In this document: piece after piece, positions 1 through 11,451 of the stretch
Position numbering within the stretch: the first letter of the stretch is position 1
Layout of the letters: the number at the start of each line of letters is the position of its first letter
Source of the DNA: an uncultured Methanosarcinaceae archaeon
GTDB taxonomy: Archaea > Halobacteriota > Methanosarcinia > Methanosarcinales > Methanosarcinaceae
Length of the DNA: 64,000 bases
Reading direction: 5' to 3'
Assembly: GCA_963733675.1 (NCBI GenBank)
Contig: CAVTET010000004.1
Span: 320,001-384,000 of the forward strand
Position numbers and translations under genes: made by a program
The notes under the pieces: generated by a model
What the model saw: the letters and a program-made list of their open reading frames with translations, nothing else
What the model was told of the DNA's origin: nothing
The model's database searches: none

Positions 1-313
1 ATATCAACGATGTTACAAAATTAAGGAGCCAAAGGCAGTAAATTGGCTGTGTATATACCAGAAGCGGGGTTCTTTTCTACTGTTTTAATCAACGACTTCA
101 TTACCTTCAGCAATTTTTTGTTCTTATTCTGATTTGTAGAAATGATTTCGGAACTTCTGAAATTTGAAAATATTGAATTTGTCTGAAAGATTTTATAGTA
201 TAAGATTTATCAAGCATAATGCTTTTCCCTGTTGTCTTGGTTAAATATTCTAAAATTAGATCCCTTAAATAGAATAGCAGATCTACTAAAAAAGAAAATT
301 CAAATAGATTGCA

Positions 314-1381
314 ATGAACAGGTACAAAAAATTGCTTATTGGAGCGCTGTTTATCAGTGCGGCATCAATTGCGCTGGTTGTTATCTTAACTTTTGACTCG
401 GAAACGATTGCAGCTCTGAGAAGGATCAAGTTGGAATATATTCTGGCATCTGCTATTTTTCATATTTTTTCGTACTTTATCTGGGGAGCACGGACCCGAG
501 CTCTATGCAAATCCTTGGGTTACGATGTCAAGTATCTAAAAATAGTAGAGATAATTCTTTCCGGGGTCTTTGCAGCTGGAATTACTCCCTCTTCTGTAGG
601 TGGAGAACCCCTAAGGATCCATATGTTGTACCTGAACAAAATCCCTTTTGGCCGTGCTACAGCCATAATTATAGGAGAACGTCTACTTGACGCCTTTTTA
701 ATTTTTGCTTCTCTACCTTTTGCACTTTACATAATGGGAGACATTTTTTCTAACTATAAGTTCGATATAGTATTATTAACAGCTAGTTGTCTGGCCTTCT
801 TTGCTCTTATTTTCTTTATTTATGGGCTATGTAGGCCTAAAAAAGTAAAAAACATAATACTCTGGGTTATTAGAATATTTGCTCCTTTTTTAGGAAAACG
901 GACAGATGATGAAATTGCTCATCTTATGGAGCAGATAGATAGGGAAATGGATATTTTCCACGAAAGTCTCTGGATACTTCTTTCAGAAGGAAAAAAAGGG
1001 CTTTTTTGGGGCATGTTTTTTACCATCCTATTTTGGACAGTTGAATTTTTTCAGCTTGTACTGATTCTCATGGGTCTTTCAAAGACACCTTCTATATTAA
1101 TTGCCTTTGCAGCTCAGATACTATTGGTCGTTGTCATGATCGTACCCTCAACTCCCGGAGGCAGTGGAATTGCTGAATTAGGAGCAGCTACTATTTTTTC
1201 TGTTTTTGTAGATGCTCCCATACTTGGAGTTACAGTGATTTCATGGAGGGCCTTAACATACTACATGAACATTTTAATAGGAGGTTTCATAAGTTTGAAG
1301 GTGGTCAAAGATATGGATTTGATTAATAAGTTGATAGGGAAATCTACAGAATTTCAGCGATTACCTGAAAAGGATATTTGA
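314..1381 (+). CDS. Flippase-like / lysylphosphatidylglycerol synthase TM-domain membrane protein (UPF0104)
   Basis: 355 aa, multi-TM; motifs ITPSSVGGEPLR, ERLLD and PSTPGGSGIAE are typical of the family. Confidence 0.85.
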   Translation: MNRYKKLLIGALFISAASIALVVILTFDSETIAALRRIKLEYILASAIFHIFSYFIWGARTRALCKSLGYDVKYLKIVEIILSGVFAAGITPSSVGGEPLRIHMLYLNKIPFGRATAIIIGERLLDAFLIFASLPFALYIMGDIFSNYKFDIVLLTASCLAFFALIFFIYGLCRPKKVKNIILWVIRIFAPFLGKRTDDEIAHLMEQIDREMDIFHESLWILLSEGKKGLFWGMFFTILFWTVEFFQLVLILMGLSKTPSILIAFAAQILLVVVMIVPSTPGGSGIAELGAATIFSVFVDAPILGVTVISWRALTYYMNILIGGFISLKVVKDMDLINKLIGKSTEFQRLPEKDI

Positions 1382-1825
1382 GATCAAAAAGTTATTTCTG
1401 GAAGCTCTAGGTGAGTATATTTTTGTAGGATATCCTCACAAACTCTTTCTGCTATTGCATCCAGAGAAATCCTTGCAAACTCTTGAAAAAAAGTTTGCAT
1501 TTCCGTTTTAATCTCGATCGTACTGATCTATGATTTTTATGTAGTATCGGTAATATAACCATTTTCTGATCAAGTAAAATATAGCGACCGAAAAATTGAT
1601 GATATTTTATTCCATCTGCAAAGTGTTATTTTAATTCTTTTAAATCTGCAACCAACATCTAAAGGTCAAAAATACCAAAAACGAGACTTTTTTTAGACAA
1701 CACTATTTTTAATTATACAATATCCAATTGCTTTGGAAGCATTGTTTCTTAATTTGGGATGATCAAAGGTTCGTGGTGTATTTCTTTGTAAGCTGGGTAT
1801 GTTCGTGCTATTGCTCTGGTTATAA

Positions 1826-2271
1826 AGAATTTGTTCTAAATCAGATATTTTCATATGCTGGCACTATTCCTCTTTTTCATGAGTTTTTTTATTTTCAAGA
1901 TGTTTTTTAATTAAATCGAAAGTTGTACATCACCTCCATTCCAATGAAACCTCTCTCACTCCAGAGCTCGCTATACGACAATTTTTTTCAAGCTCAGAGT
2001 GTACTCTACAGATTTTTCTTGCTTTGATACTTTTTGTAATTTGCATCACTCTTGAAGGAGTATATTTTGGTTCAGAATCAACGAAAAGATATACATCACC
2101 ATCATTATCGATTAAATTAAATTCAAAAAAGTATCTTTTACCAATTCCAAAGAATACATATTTCAAATAGTTTAGGATTTCATCATCTAGAAGAATTTTT
2201 TATGATATTTCATGCAAAAAAAACAATCTGATCATTTTGTATAGACAAGTAGCTCGCATGAAAAGTTCCAT
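1826..2271 (-). pseudogene. IS200/IS605-family Y1 transposase (TnpA) remnant
   Basis: Fragment DGDVYLFVDSEPKYTPSRVMQITKSIKARKI resembles the HUH region of IS200 TnpA with the His residues lost; frameshifts on both sides; ends approximate. Confidence 0.7.
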
Positions 2272-2550
2272 GTTATAGCACAACTTTAGCTCAAAATACA
2301 AGACTATTTGATAAATCCCAGAATTTTGTCACATTCATATAAATTGTATATAGATGGTTCTTGAAAATCAGAAATCTATCACAAATCAAATAAATCAGTC
2401 CATCAATAATGGTTCTCTGGGAAAGCTCCGAAAAATGACAGAGATATTTTGTTCCATTCTGCCTGCATTCAGTTAGCTGCAAAATAATATAAAATCCAAT
2501 CATTAAACAGTTTATAACAAAAAGCCTACCATTTACTTCAAATAGAATAA

Positions 2551-2637
2551 GAGAATTTCGATAAACCCCACATTTCTTAGTATGCTCATAAATGGTATAT
2601 ATGACTCGTGAAAAATCAGAAGTTTATTGAATTCCTC
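2551..2637. mobile_element. ~88-bp MITE (family B) copy
   Basis: Imperfect TIRs GAGAATTTCGATAAAC...GTTTATTGAATTCCTC; homologous to copies at 14604, 33369 and 41545. Confidence 0.75.
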
Positions 2638-3250
2638 TAAATTTAGATTCGTTATCACTAAACAGTGGATATTTTAAGAAACTCTTTATTTAGGATGTCC
2701 TTCATTAAATGACGGATCTTTTCATTATTAAGTTCCAGTATAACAAATGTTTGCATTTTCATGCATTGAAGCAGATTTGCTCTAACCAACACCAATGAAA
2801 CGCAGAACAAAAAAACAGAACAATAACACTAAGTGCATTTTTGAAATGAAATCAACCAAACAAAAGTGAATTACAATAACTTTCTATCTTTTAAAATAAA
2901 GAAGAAGGTTTTTCTATAAAATTGACTCTATAGGTTAAGATCCATAATTATGTATATACTTCAGGCAACATTATTATATTCTTCCTTAATGTTATACAAA
3001 TTCTTATGCTACAGAAGCAATTTCGAGTTTCAAGAGTTAATTCGAACATGAATTATATTCATTTCACAATTCCAGTTTAATTCCCCCTCTATACTTTGAA
3101 TAGAATTGATAGCTAAACATATTGAATAATTATACACAATTTAAAAGCCTTAATATTCTTCAAAATTGTTGAGTTGGGACATTTATGCCTTCCTTTTGCA
3201 TCCATAATACAACAAGGTAAAGCAAATCTCCACCATCCTGAGTGATTGTT

Positions 3251-6037
3251 ATGCTTGAAGATGAATATCAACTTAATTTTTTTAAAAATAACGGATTTAT
3301 CCGGAAGCAGTGCCACACATGCGGCAAGTTCTTCTGGACACGTGACATTGACCGAAATACATGTGGAGATGCACCCTGTGATCCTTATTCCTTTATAGGA
3401 AGTCCTATATTTTCCAGGGAATTCGAGATATCACAGATGCGTGAGTATTATCTCTCCTTCTTTCAGGCCAGAGGGCATAAGAGAATTGATCGCTATCCTG
3501 TAATCGCACGCTGGAGGGATGACATTTATCTTACCATTGCATCCATTGCAGACTTCCAACCGTTCGTAACATCTGGACAAGTTCTCCCTCCTGCAAACCC
3601 TCTCACGATTTCTCAACCCTGCATTCGCCTCAATGATCTAGACTCTGTAGGCAGGAGTGGACGTCATCTTACAAATTTTGAGATGATGGCTCATCATGCC
3701 TTCAATAAAAGAGATCATGAAATCTACTGGAAGGAGCGCACCATGGAACTCTGTGACGAGCTCCTGAATTCACTAAAAGTAGACCCCTTTGCTGTAACCT
3801 ACAAAGAAGAACCCTGGGCAGGTGGAGGCAATGCAGGGCCATGTGTGGAAGTCATTGTGAATGGACTTGAGCTTGCTACCCTTGTTTTCATGGATTTGAA
3901 GACCGACAAAAAAGGAGATATCCTGATCAAAGGAGAGACCTATTCAAAGATGGACAATTACATTGTGGATACAGGATACGGACTCGAACGTTTAGTCTGG
4001 GCTTCAAAGGGTTCCCCTACAATCTATGATGCGCTTTTCCCGACCATAGTGACAGAGCTAATGGGTCTTGCCGGACTTGAACATGAACTAGATGATTCTG
4101 GTTATGCGAATATTCTGGCCCAGAATGCACGGCTCTCAGGATCTATGGACATCAGTGAGAAAGCAAATCTGTTGGAGCTTCGGAAAACTGTTGCTTCAAG
4201 CATCGGAATGACAGTGGATAAACTCTCAGCGATCATGGAACCTGTAGAAAAGGTCTATTCAATAACTGATCACACACGCTGTCTGACTTTCATGCTTGGA
4301 GACGGGGTTATCCCCTCAAATGCCAAGGCAGGATACTTGGCCCGTCTTGTCCTCAGAAGAACTTTGCGCATGATGAGTGATCTTGGCATCATGACCCCCC
4401 TCTCCGAAATTGTAGAAATGCACATAAAGAATATGCCTGAGTACCCTGAGTTCAGAGAAAACTTCCCGTTCATGCAGGAAATACTGAAATTGGAAGAGGA
4501 AAAATTCATTTCGACTATGGCAAAGGGGCGTAGGATTATCCAGAAACTGGCATCTCACATTAAAAAAAGTGGGAAAAAGATTCCCCTTTCTCATTTAACT
4601 GAACTCTACGATTCCCATGGAATCCCTCCAGAGATGGCAAAGGAAGTAGCGTCGGAAATAGGAGTGAGAGTAGAATTTCCCGACAACTTCTATTCTATTA
4701 TTGGAGAAATGCATAACAAGGTAGCAGAAACAGAAGCAGAAGTTATTCCTTTTGCTGATAGACTTAAGCACCTCCCAAAAACAGAACGCCGTTTCTATGA
4801 CGAACCTACACGCCTAGAATTCGAAGCTGTCGTCCTGGATGTATTTGACAATCATATCGTATTGGATAACACTTTCTTCTATGCCGAAGGTGGAGGGCAA
4901 CTTTCAGATATCGGAACAATCACGGTCGAAGATGCTGTTTATCAGGTAGTGGATACCCAGGACTACAATGGGGTAATCATTCATACCGTGGAAAATTCAA
5001 ATGGGCATCTTGAGATTAGGAAAGGAGACATTGCCACAGGGGAGGTAGATGAAAAACGAAGAATTGCCCTTTCAAGGCACCATACAGCAACCCACATCAT
5101 AAACGATGTAGCCAGAAAAGTTCTTGGAAAACATATCTGGCAGACAGGTGCTCAGAAATTTGAAGATCGTTCAAGGCTCGACATTTCGCATTACAAGCAT
5201 ATCTCTCCGGAAGAATTAAGGCAGATTGAGCTTCTAGCCAACCACATGGTTATGGAAAACAAGCGAGTGGTTACGGAATGGATCACAAGAACTGAAGCTG
5301 AACAAGGATATGGATTTGGGCTATATCAGGGTGGAGTGCCTACAGGAGAGAAAATAAGGATTGTAAAGGTAGGAGATGATGTAGAGGCCTGCGGCGGTAC
5401 ACATTGCCTTAGCACTGGGCTTATCGGCCCGATCAAGATACTGAGAAGCGAAAGAATTCAGGATGGTGTGGAAAGAATAGAGTTTGCAGCCGGAACTGCA
5501 GCCGTGCTCGCAATGCAAAAAATAGAATCTCTCCTGACAGATTCTGCAAAAATCCTGAGCGTGCCTCCTGAACACCTCCCCATAAGTGTTGAACGCTTTT
5601 TTGGGGAATGGAAAGACCTAAATAAAGAAAATGAAAGGCTCAAGGAAGAACTTGGGCATTCCATAGCCTCTAAACTGCTTGAAGATTCTCTGAAAGTTGT
5701 AGACCTCAAGGTTATTGTGGAATTAGTTCCCGGAGCCGATATCCTTGAGCTCCAAAAAATAGCCGCTGAATTCCTGAAGCACGAAGAAGTGGTGGCTCTC
5801 CTTGTCAGCGACGTTGAAGGAGTCAAGATAGTAGCAGCGGTTGGAGATAAAGCTCTTAAATTGGGGATTAATGCCAATAACCTTGTCAGGGAAGTGGCAA
5901 AAATAGTTGGTGGAGGTGGAGGTGGAAAACCTAGCCTTGCTATGGGGGGTGGGACTGATTCTGCAAGAATCCAAGATGTTCTTGCTCGTGGACTTGAGCT
6001 CGTGAAAGAAAAGTGTAAAGAAACCTCACAAAAATGA
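3251..6037 (+). CDS. alaS: Alanine--tRNA ligase (archaeal type)
   Basis: N-terminal CxxC/CGD motif, TIASIADFQP, HHTATH editing motif, CGGTH, C-terminal GGGGGKP; ATG at 3251 preferred over GTG at 3242. Confidence 0.98.
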   Translation: MLEDEYQLNFFKNNGFIRKQCHTCGKFFWTRDIDRNTCGDAPCDPYSFIGSPIFSREFEISQMREYYLSFFQARGHKRIDRYPVIARWRDDIYLTIASIADFQPFVTSGQVLPPANPLTISQPCIRLNDLDSVGRSGRHLTNFEMMAHHAFNKRDHEIYWKERTMELCDELLNSLKVDPFAVTYKEEPWAGGGNAGPCVEVIVNGLELATLVFMDLKTDKKGDILIKGETYSKMDNYIVDTGYGLERLVWASKGSPTIYDALFPTIVTELMGLAGLEHELDDSGYANILAQNARLSGSMDISEKANLLELRKTVASSIGMTVDKLSAIMEPVEKVYSITDHTRCLTFMLGDGVIPSNAKAGYLARLVLRRTLRMMSDLGIMTPLSEIVEMHIKNMPEYPEFRENFPFMQEILKLEEEKFISTMAKGRRIIQKLASHIKKSGKKIPLSHLTELYDSHGIPPEMAKEVASEIGVRVEFPDNFYSIIGEMHNKVAETEAEVIPFADRLKHLPKTERRFYDEPTRLEFEAVVLDVFDNHIVLDNTFFYAEGGGQLSDIGTITVEDAVYQVVDTQDYNGVIIHTVENSNGHLEIRKGDIATGEVDEKRRIALSRHHTATHIINDVARKVLGKHIWQTGAQKFEDRSRLDISHYKHISPEELRQIELLANHMVMENKRVVTEWITRTEAEQGYGFGLYQGGVPTGEKIRIVKVGDDVEACGGTHCLSTGLIGPIKILRSERIQDGVERIEFAAGTAAVLAMQKIESLLTDSAKILSVPPEHLPISVERFFGEWKDLNKENERLKEELGHSIASKLLEDSLKVVDLKVIVELVPGADILELQKIAAEFLKHEEVVALLVSDVEGVKIVAAVGDKALKLGINANNLVREVAKIVGGGGGGKPSLAMGGGTDSARIQDVLARGLELVKEKCKETSQK

Positions 6038-6196
6038 GCTAATCAAGATAAATTGAAAAAATAATAAAAATGATGCCAGATTTTCAACCCTCGATTTTAT
6101 TTACTTATCTGTTCTTTGGGTTTTAATTTTGGGTCTTGATCTTGATTTTTTTTTATTTTTGGATTCCACATTCATCAATTTTTTCCAGTTACTCTT

Positions 6197-7246
6197 TCAG
6201 TCACTAAAGAGCAATTCACAAAGAACTGCGGTCCCGTCTTTTACAAAGAGGTGGACTGCCTTTATTCCTTCAAGACCTTTTTCTAACTCTTTTCGGACTT
6301 TCCAGTAGTCTTTGGGATTTAATCCCGCCCTGAGCACAACAATACCGACATTTCTATATTTCAAAAATTTGTTAATCTCAATTGGATCAAAAGGACAAAC
6401 CTTTAAGACGAGGTAGTATTTTTTGATCATAGATTGCTTTACCAGAGTATCAGATGTAAGCAAAAGCCTCTTCTTGTCAACTTTAAAGAGCCCTAAAGTC
6501 CCCATAATAGGCCCTGCAATCTGAATAATGGATTCCATCAGTTCAGGCAGAAGACCTGCTGCAACAACCGAGGGTTCAGGTTCATAGGCATAGAGTTTCA
6601 TCCTTTCCGTTTCTCTTGTTTGTAGAAGCGACCCGTTTTTCGAGACCAATCTTTCGCCTGAAGGAAGAGACACAGCTGTCCGGTCATACTTTTTCAGCCC
6701 ACCAAAGTAAAGGGTCAGCCGGTTGAGCTGGCCATCTAAAGCTATATACTCCTTTTCACAGTCAAAAGGAATTCTATCAGGTGATATTTGGGGAGGAACT
6801 TCAAATGAAAAATTATTAGTCTTTTTCATATAAGCAAACAGCACATTTGGAATTCCCGGTTCTAAGCTTGAGACATGCCTTTCATCTTCTTCCGCAGGGC
6901 GGAAAGGATCTGAAAAAACAACATCAACTACTGGGATTTGCTTTATTATTTTTGGATCAAGGGCATCTCCACAGATGAATTTCACATTGTCAATTCCGTA
7001 AATTTTACAGTTTTGCTTTGAATACTCGATTTTTCGGGGGTCTATTTCCAATGCATAAACGAACTCGCACTGCTGTGCAAAAAAAACAGTCTGTCCCCCT
7101 ATCCCGCAGCTAATGTCGGCCAGAGTTTTACATTTCAAGCGCTGTGCCCTATAGCGGGCAACCGGTTCAGGAGTTGCAAAGCGCAGGCTCTCCTTGTCCC
7201 CATAAAGGGGCTTTTCAAATTGTTTTTTCCATGCCACATTGATCAA
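6197..7246 (-). CDS. Class I SAM-dependent methyltransferase (Tgs1/THUMP-like, probable RNA methyltransferase)
   Basis: FATPEPVA, DISCGIGG SAM-binding motif, FSDP motif IV; start uncertain. Confidence 0.8.
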   Translation of the reverse strand: MINVAWKKQFEKPLYGDKESLRFATPEPVARYRAQRLKCKTLADISCGIGGQTVFFAQQCEFVYALEIDPRKIEYSKQNCKIYGIDNVKFICGDALDPKIIKQIPVVDVVFSDPFRPAEEDERHVSSLEPGIPNVLFAYMKKTNNFSFEVPPQISPDRIPFDCEKEYIALDGQLNRLTLYFGGLKKYDRTAVSLPSGERLVSKNGSLLQTRETERMKLYAYEPEPSVVAAGLLPELMESIIQIAGPIMGTLGLFKVDKKRLLLTSDTLVKQSMIKKYYLVLKVCPFDPIEINKFLKYRNVGIVVLRAGLNPKDYWKVRKELEKGLEGIKAVHLFVKDGTAVLCELLFSD

Positions 7247-7635
7247 GAAATAGTAAATAGTTAATGGAATTTAAAGGAAACTGAAAAGGAAGAGATAAAT
7301 TGCCATTTATTTTCTCAATATGAAAGTAGCTTAAAAAATAATATAAATTTCAACGAATAATAATGGACAAACAGGCAAGCAAAGTCTACATCTGTGTCTC
7401 AAATAAGGTGTTGAACCAAAAAATAAATAGTATTTTCAAACAGATACTGTCAAATGGATATAAATAATAAAAAAATTAAGAGTCTCACTCTTAGGTCAAT
7501 GACGTTTTTGTCTACTGGATCGAACAAGCTTACTTAAGTAGTAAGACTCTTATCTGCATTTAATCTACTATTTTATAATTCTTTTTAGCTTTTGTGCTAT
7601 TTCATGCCGTGTAGTGGTACTCAGAGTTATGGTAC

Positions 7636-8208
7636 TCAACAAACTGGTGCACAAACAGGTACCTGGACAATTACTGGAGCAGGTGCACAAACAGGTGCCT
7701 GGACAATTACTGGAGCAGGTGCACAAACAGGTGCCAGGGCTGGTGCATAAAAAGGTACCGGGGCAGGTGCACAAACAGGTTCTTTGACAACTTTTTTGAC
7801 AGTTGTTTTGACAGGTACGTCGATAACCTTTTTGGCATATGTTGTGACAGGCACTTTAACAACTTTTTTAACGTGTTTTGTGACAGGTACTTCGACAACT
7901 TTTTCGACATATTTTTTGACAGGTGCCGGGGCAGGTGCTTCGATAGGTGCCGGAGCAGGTTCATAAATAGGTTCATTGGCAATTACCGGAGCAGGTTCAT
8001 ATACAGGTGCATTGGCAATTACCGGGGCAGGTCCACAAATGGGTAATCCGCAGCCAAGTCCAGGCAAACCCCAACCCGGTCCCCAGCCACCATAGCCACC
8101 CCAGCCATGACCCCAATGGCTGCCGCCATGGCCATGTGCAGTAGCTGTCACTGCTGTTAACGATACTACAAAAAGGACTGCAAACAAAATAGCCAGTACC
8201 TTTTTCAT
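7636..8208 (-). CDS. Secreted Gly/His/Trp-, Pro/Val/Lys- and Cys-rich repeat protein
   Basis: Signal peptide MKKVLAILFAVLFVVSLTAVTATA, then low-complexity repeat blocks (PAPVIAN, KKVVxVPV, PVCAPAP). Confidence 0.8.
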   Translation of the reverse strand: MKKVLAILFAVLFVVSLTAVTATAHGHGGSHWGHGWGGYGGWGPGWGLPGLGCGLPICGPAPVIANAPVYEPAPVIANEPIYEPAPAPIEAPAPAPVKKYVEKVVEVPVTKHVKKVVKVPVTTYAKKVIDVPVKTTVKKVVKEPVCAPAPVPFYAPALAPVCAPAPVIVQAPVCAPAPVIVQVPVCAPVC

Positions 8209-9514
8209 ACTACGATATGATTGCTTCAACATCTGTTTAAACGCCTCCTAAAAACTAACTTAATGATTTTCAAGTAATTTCCCATTTTTAGATGTGGTTT
8301 TAATTGTTGATTCACATTTTTTTTCAATACTAATTGAACTTTTACCTTAGTCCAATTTTGGAAGTTCGAAGTGTAATGATTTCACTAACCACTAACATTT
8401 CGCGTGTGAAATTAATTCATTTAGATATAAACTTACTTTTTTTTCACTAAAATTTTATAGGATTATAAAAAAATAATAAGTTCAAATGGATTTTTAATTC
8501 AATAAAAAAGCTTTATAAATCTTTATTTCTGTAGCATTTAGTTTAAGCTTTAAGAATGTGATTTTCTTAGAACCTATTATAATTTCATGAAATAAGTATG
8601 AGCTTAGTAAGAGCTTAGGAAAAAAATGAAAATGGCATTTTGTTATATATAACTTTCTATGTTTTTTGTTGAATCAAGTACTTTGATTATACCCCATCAA
8701 CTAGTTAATATTTTCATCTTAGAATACCCTTTGTTCAAATGAACTCGTTTTCTAATCTTAACCGCATGCAATGAACCTAAAAGTACATTATATAAAAAAT
8801 AAGATTAATAGAGCAAGTGTATAACTTTTCTGGATAAGCTCAGCTTATTATTGATAGACCATTAAAGTGTTTTTATGAAAAAAGTAGATTTCATCACAAT
8901 ATGTTGCGATAAGTGTCAGATATAATATTTTGTTTGCAAAACATAACGTATAAGGACTGAACACTGGAAGTAAAAAACAATTTCAATTGGGGTATGGAAA
9001 ACAACTTTACTTTTAGACATTTTGAAGCCTTCAATACTTATTGATTATTTAGTTCAACCACATAAGGTCCTAATACAATTAAATGTAGAATCATTAGAAT
9101 TCTATTCTATATATTTTTTGGTCGCAATATATTATTTGATTGATGTTTTCAACCTACATTCCGTAGGTGTACACTTGTTAAAATTTGTGTACCGATTTGT
9201 TCACTATTATTCATTGAAATTTATACTACTTTTTAAGCTACTTTCATATTAAGAAAATAGGTAGCATTCCTGTATACATCTGCATAAAGTGGGTTTCAAT
9301 AATTAAGCTTCATGCAACGAAAGCTTACGTTTTCATTCATTGAAACAAGTCTGCTCCCATCTCACTGAAATGCGAAACAAAAAAGACTTAAAAACGGCAT
9401 TTAGAGTATTCCGGGAATAACATCAACCAAATAAATAAAATGATCAATAGATTAGATATAATAAAACTCATACACTTGGGAACCATCCTTGAAAAATATA
9501 AACTATTATGGCCA

Positions 9515-9712
9515 TTAAAATAGCTCTACGAACTTTAAAACAATGCTAGCACCAAAGGAAAATAATAGTGGAATAATACCCATATTCAAAGAAACTTTTA
9601 CCATATTATCCCAGTATTTTGACAATGGAAGGAAATCTCTGAGCAAAAGCAGCAAAAGCAAAGTTAACGTAGCCACTGGCGCACCTTCGGGGATCCCCGG
9701 TGTGGATATCAT
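9515..9712 (-). CDS. Small two-TM hypothetical membrane protein
   Basis: Two hydrophobic segments; the frame stays open upstream (LTTLISFISSSS), so the true start may lie near 9770. Confidence 0.55.
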   Translation of the reverse strand: MISTPGIPEGAPVATLTLLLLLLLRDFLPLSKYWDNMVKVSLNMGIIPLLFSFGASIVLKFVELF

Positions 9713-9955
9713 TGATAGCGCACCAGAAGGGACTGAACTTGATGAAATGAAACTTATAAGCGTAGTTAGAACTCCTTGAGTTGATTATCAAATTTAAGAG
9801 CCATATTTACAATATGATATAAAAATCCTCTCATATAACCAGTGTTTCCAAATATATTCGTTCCAAAAATCATTTATACAAATCAGAGGAATCACAAAAA
9901 ATTATTTAAAAGTATTTTGATAGCTCCTAACTTCTGTCATGTGATTCTAAAATGG

Positions 9956-10105
9956 GGTTCCGTTGCAAAAAAATTGGCTCCCTTGCAAAATCAGAAAAAA
10001 CATTCACAATTAGGAAAGTTAATCATTTTCATTAGAGAGAAATTGACACATAAAGGTGAAAATTATAGTGTCAAAATGTAGAAATATTCTTTTTGCAACG
10101 GAACC
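9956..10105 (+). mobile_element. 150-bp IS6-type MITE (family A) copy 1
   Basis: TIRs GGTTCCGTTGCAAAA/TTTTGCAACGGAACC identical to the IS6 elements at 46899 and 50721; no transposase; no flanking direct repeat. Confidence 0.93.
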
Positions 10106-10203
10106 CATTCAAAGATCTCGCTTCTTGAGATGGTAAAGGTACAACTTTAGAGAAATTAGGTAAATCTGATGAAGCCATAATAGCTGACAGACATCCTAAG
10201 TAA
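10106..10203 (+). pseudogene. TPR protein fragment
   Basis: DLAS*DGKGTTLEKLGKSDEAIIA resembles one TPR unit, truncated at the MITE edge. Confidence 0.5.
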
Positions 10204-10566
10204 CTTTCAACTAATAAGGGCGCCGGATTTAATGCACTTGATTTGGCAGAATACCTAATTTTCCGCAAAATCTGCTATGTACCCTTGAATTTTCTTTTTT
10301 GATTACTATTCTATTAATACATTCTTATTTCCTCTAATCCTGAATGGAGTTTCAATATAATATGAAGCAACATTTAAGCGAATTATTATTCCGTGATTTA
10401 AGTAAAGCCTACTTACTTATCTCCAATTCAGATAAATGTGCACCCACAAGTTCGGATTAAAGTGAAAAAATACAGAGATTTTGCTACAAAAACTCTGCAT
10501 AACCAAGATATAGTGTCCTTAAAGGGGTCTAGCTTAAAGAAAAATAGTATTTCTAGTAAACGGATA

Positions 10567-10716
10567 GGTTCCGTTGCAAAAAGAATATTTCTACATTTTG
10601 ACACTATAATTTTCACCTTTATGTGTCAATTTTTCTCTAATGAAAATGATTAACTTTCCTAATTGTGAAGGTTTTTTCTGATTTTGCAAGAAAGCCAGAT
10701 TTTTTGCAACGGAACC
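10567..10716 (-). mobile_element. 150-bp IS6-type MITE (family A) copy 2
   Basis: Same TIRs, inverted relative to copy 1; no flanking direct repeat. Confidence 0.93.
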
Positions 10717-10779
10717 AAAAATAGATATATTTCAACTGATTTCTGATAGGCTGGATAATTGCTATTATTTCCTACTATT

Positions 10780-11451
10780 TCACTTCATTTCCGTGTTTTT
10801 CAGCTTTTCTCTAATATTTTCTACAGTCTTCCAGGACTGCCGGACAATGCTGGGAAACTCTCCACAATGTTGTCTTCCCCACTTAAAGAGAAATTCTATT
10901 GTTTTCGGGTCTGAGGGATAGCCGCTACCGAAATCTGCACTCCACTCTTTTTTTAGTTCTCTGATAATTTCATCCCTACGCACCTTTGCAATAATAGAGG
11001 CTGCTGAGACTGTGGGATATAACACATCTGCCTGGTGCATGGAAACTATATTAATTTTCGTTGAATCATTTATACTGTTTTTTGCGTACTGCCTACGAAG
11101 ATTTTCAGCAAAACGTTCGGCTTTGACATCAGCAGCATCAACATACACGAGATCAGGCTTAAGCTGTTCAAGTACTTTTGCAAAGCAAACTACCATTATT
11201 TCATTCATGCTCATTATCTTCCGTAGTTCGTCTATCTGAAAGGGGCTGACTTCAAGTATAACATAGCCTTCGGAATGTTTTTTTATTAGGCCTGCAAGGT
11301 GCTCTCTTTTTTTTGGTGTCAATTTCTTGGAGTCAGCAACCCCAAGTAACTTGAGGATATGAGCTTTAGATTTCTCTATTTTTATGCCTCCTATGCACAT
11401 GGGTCCGATTACAGGTCCTTTTCCTGCTTCATCGATTCCTGCGATCATCAT
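10780..11451 (-). CDS. rnhB: Ribonuclease HII
   Basis: GIDEAGKGPVIGP, DSKKL, VSAASIIAKVRRD, GSGYPSDP. Confidence 0.97.
   Translation of the reverse strand: MMIAGIDEAGKGPVIGPMCIGGIKIEKSKAHILKLLGVADSKKLTPKKREHLAGLIKKHSEGYVILEVSPFQIDELRKIMSMNEIMVVCFAKVLEQLKPDLVYVDAADVKAERFAENLRRQYAKNSINDSTKINIVSMHQADVLYPTVSAASIIAKVRRDEIIRELKKEWSADFGSGYPSDPKTIEFLFKWGRQHCGEFPSIVRQSWKTVENIREKLKNTEMK

Noticed and set aside
3431-5974. Antisense and alternative-frame ORFs inside alaS (likewise inside the thermosome, helicase, pncB and cstA genes, and 15776-16408)
   Set aside because: Shadow ORFs of well-supported genes.
7568-7982. Cys-rich ORF MCTCPGTFLCTSPG... as a metallothionein or RiPP precursor
   Set aside because: Alternative frame of the PVCAPAP repeats of the signal-peptide-bearing gene.
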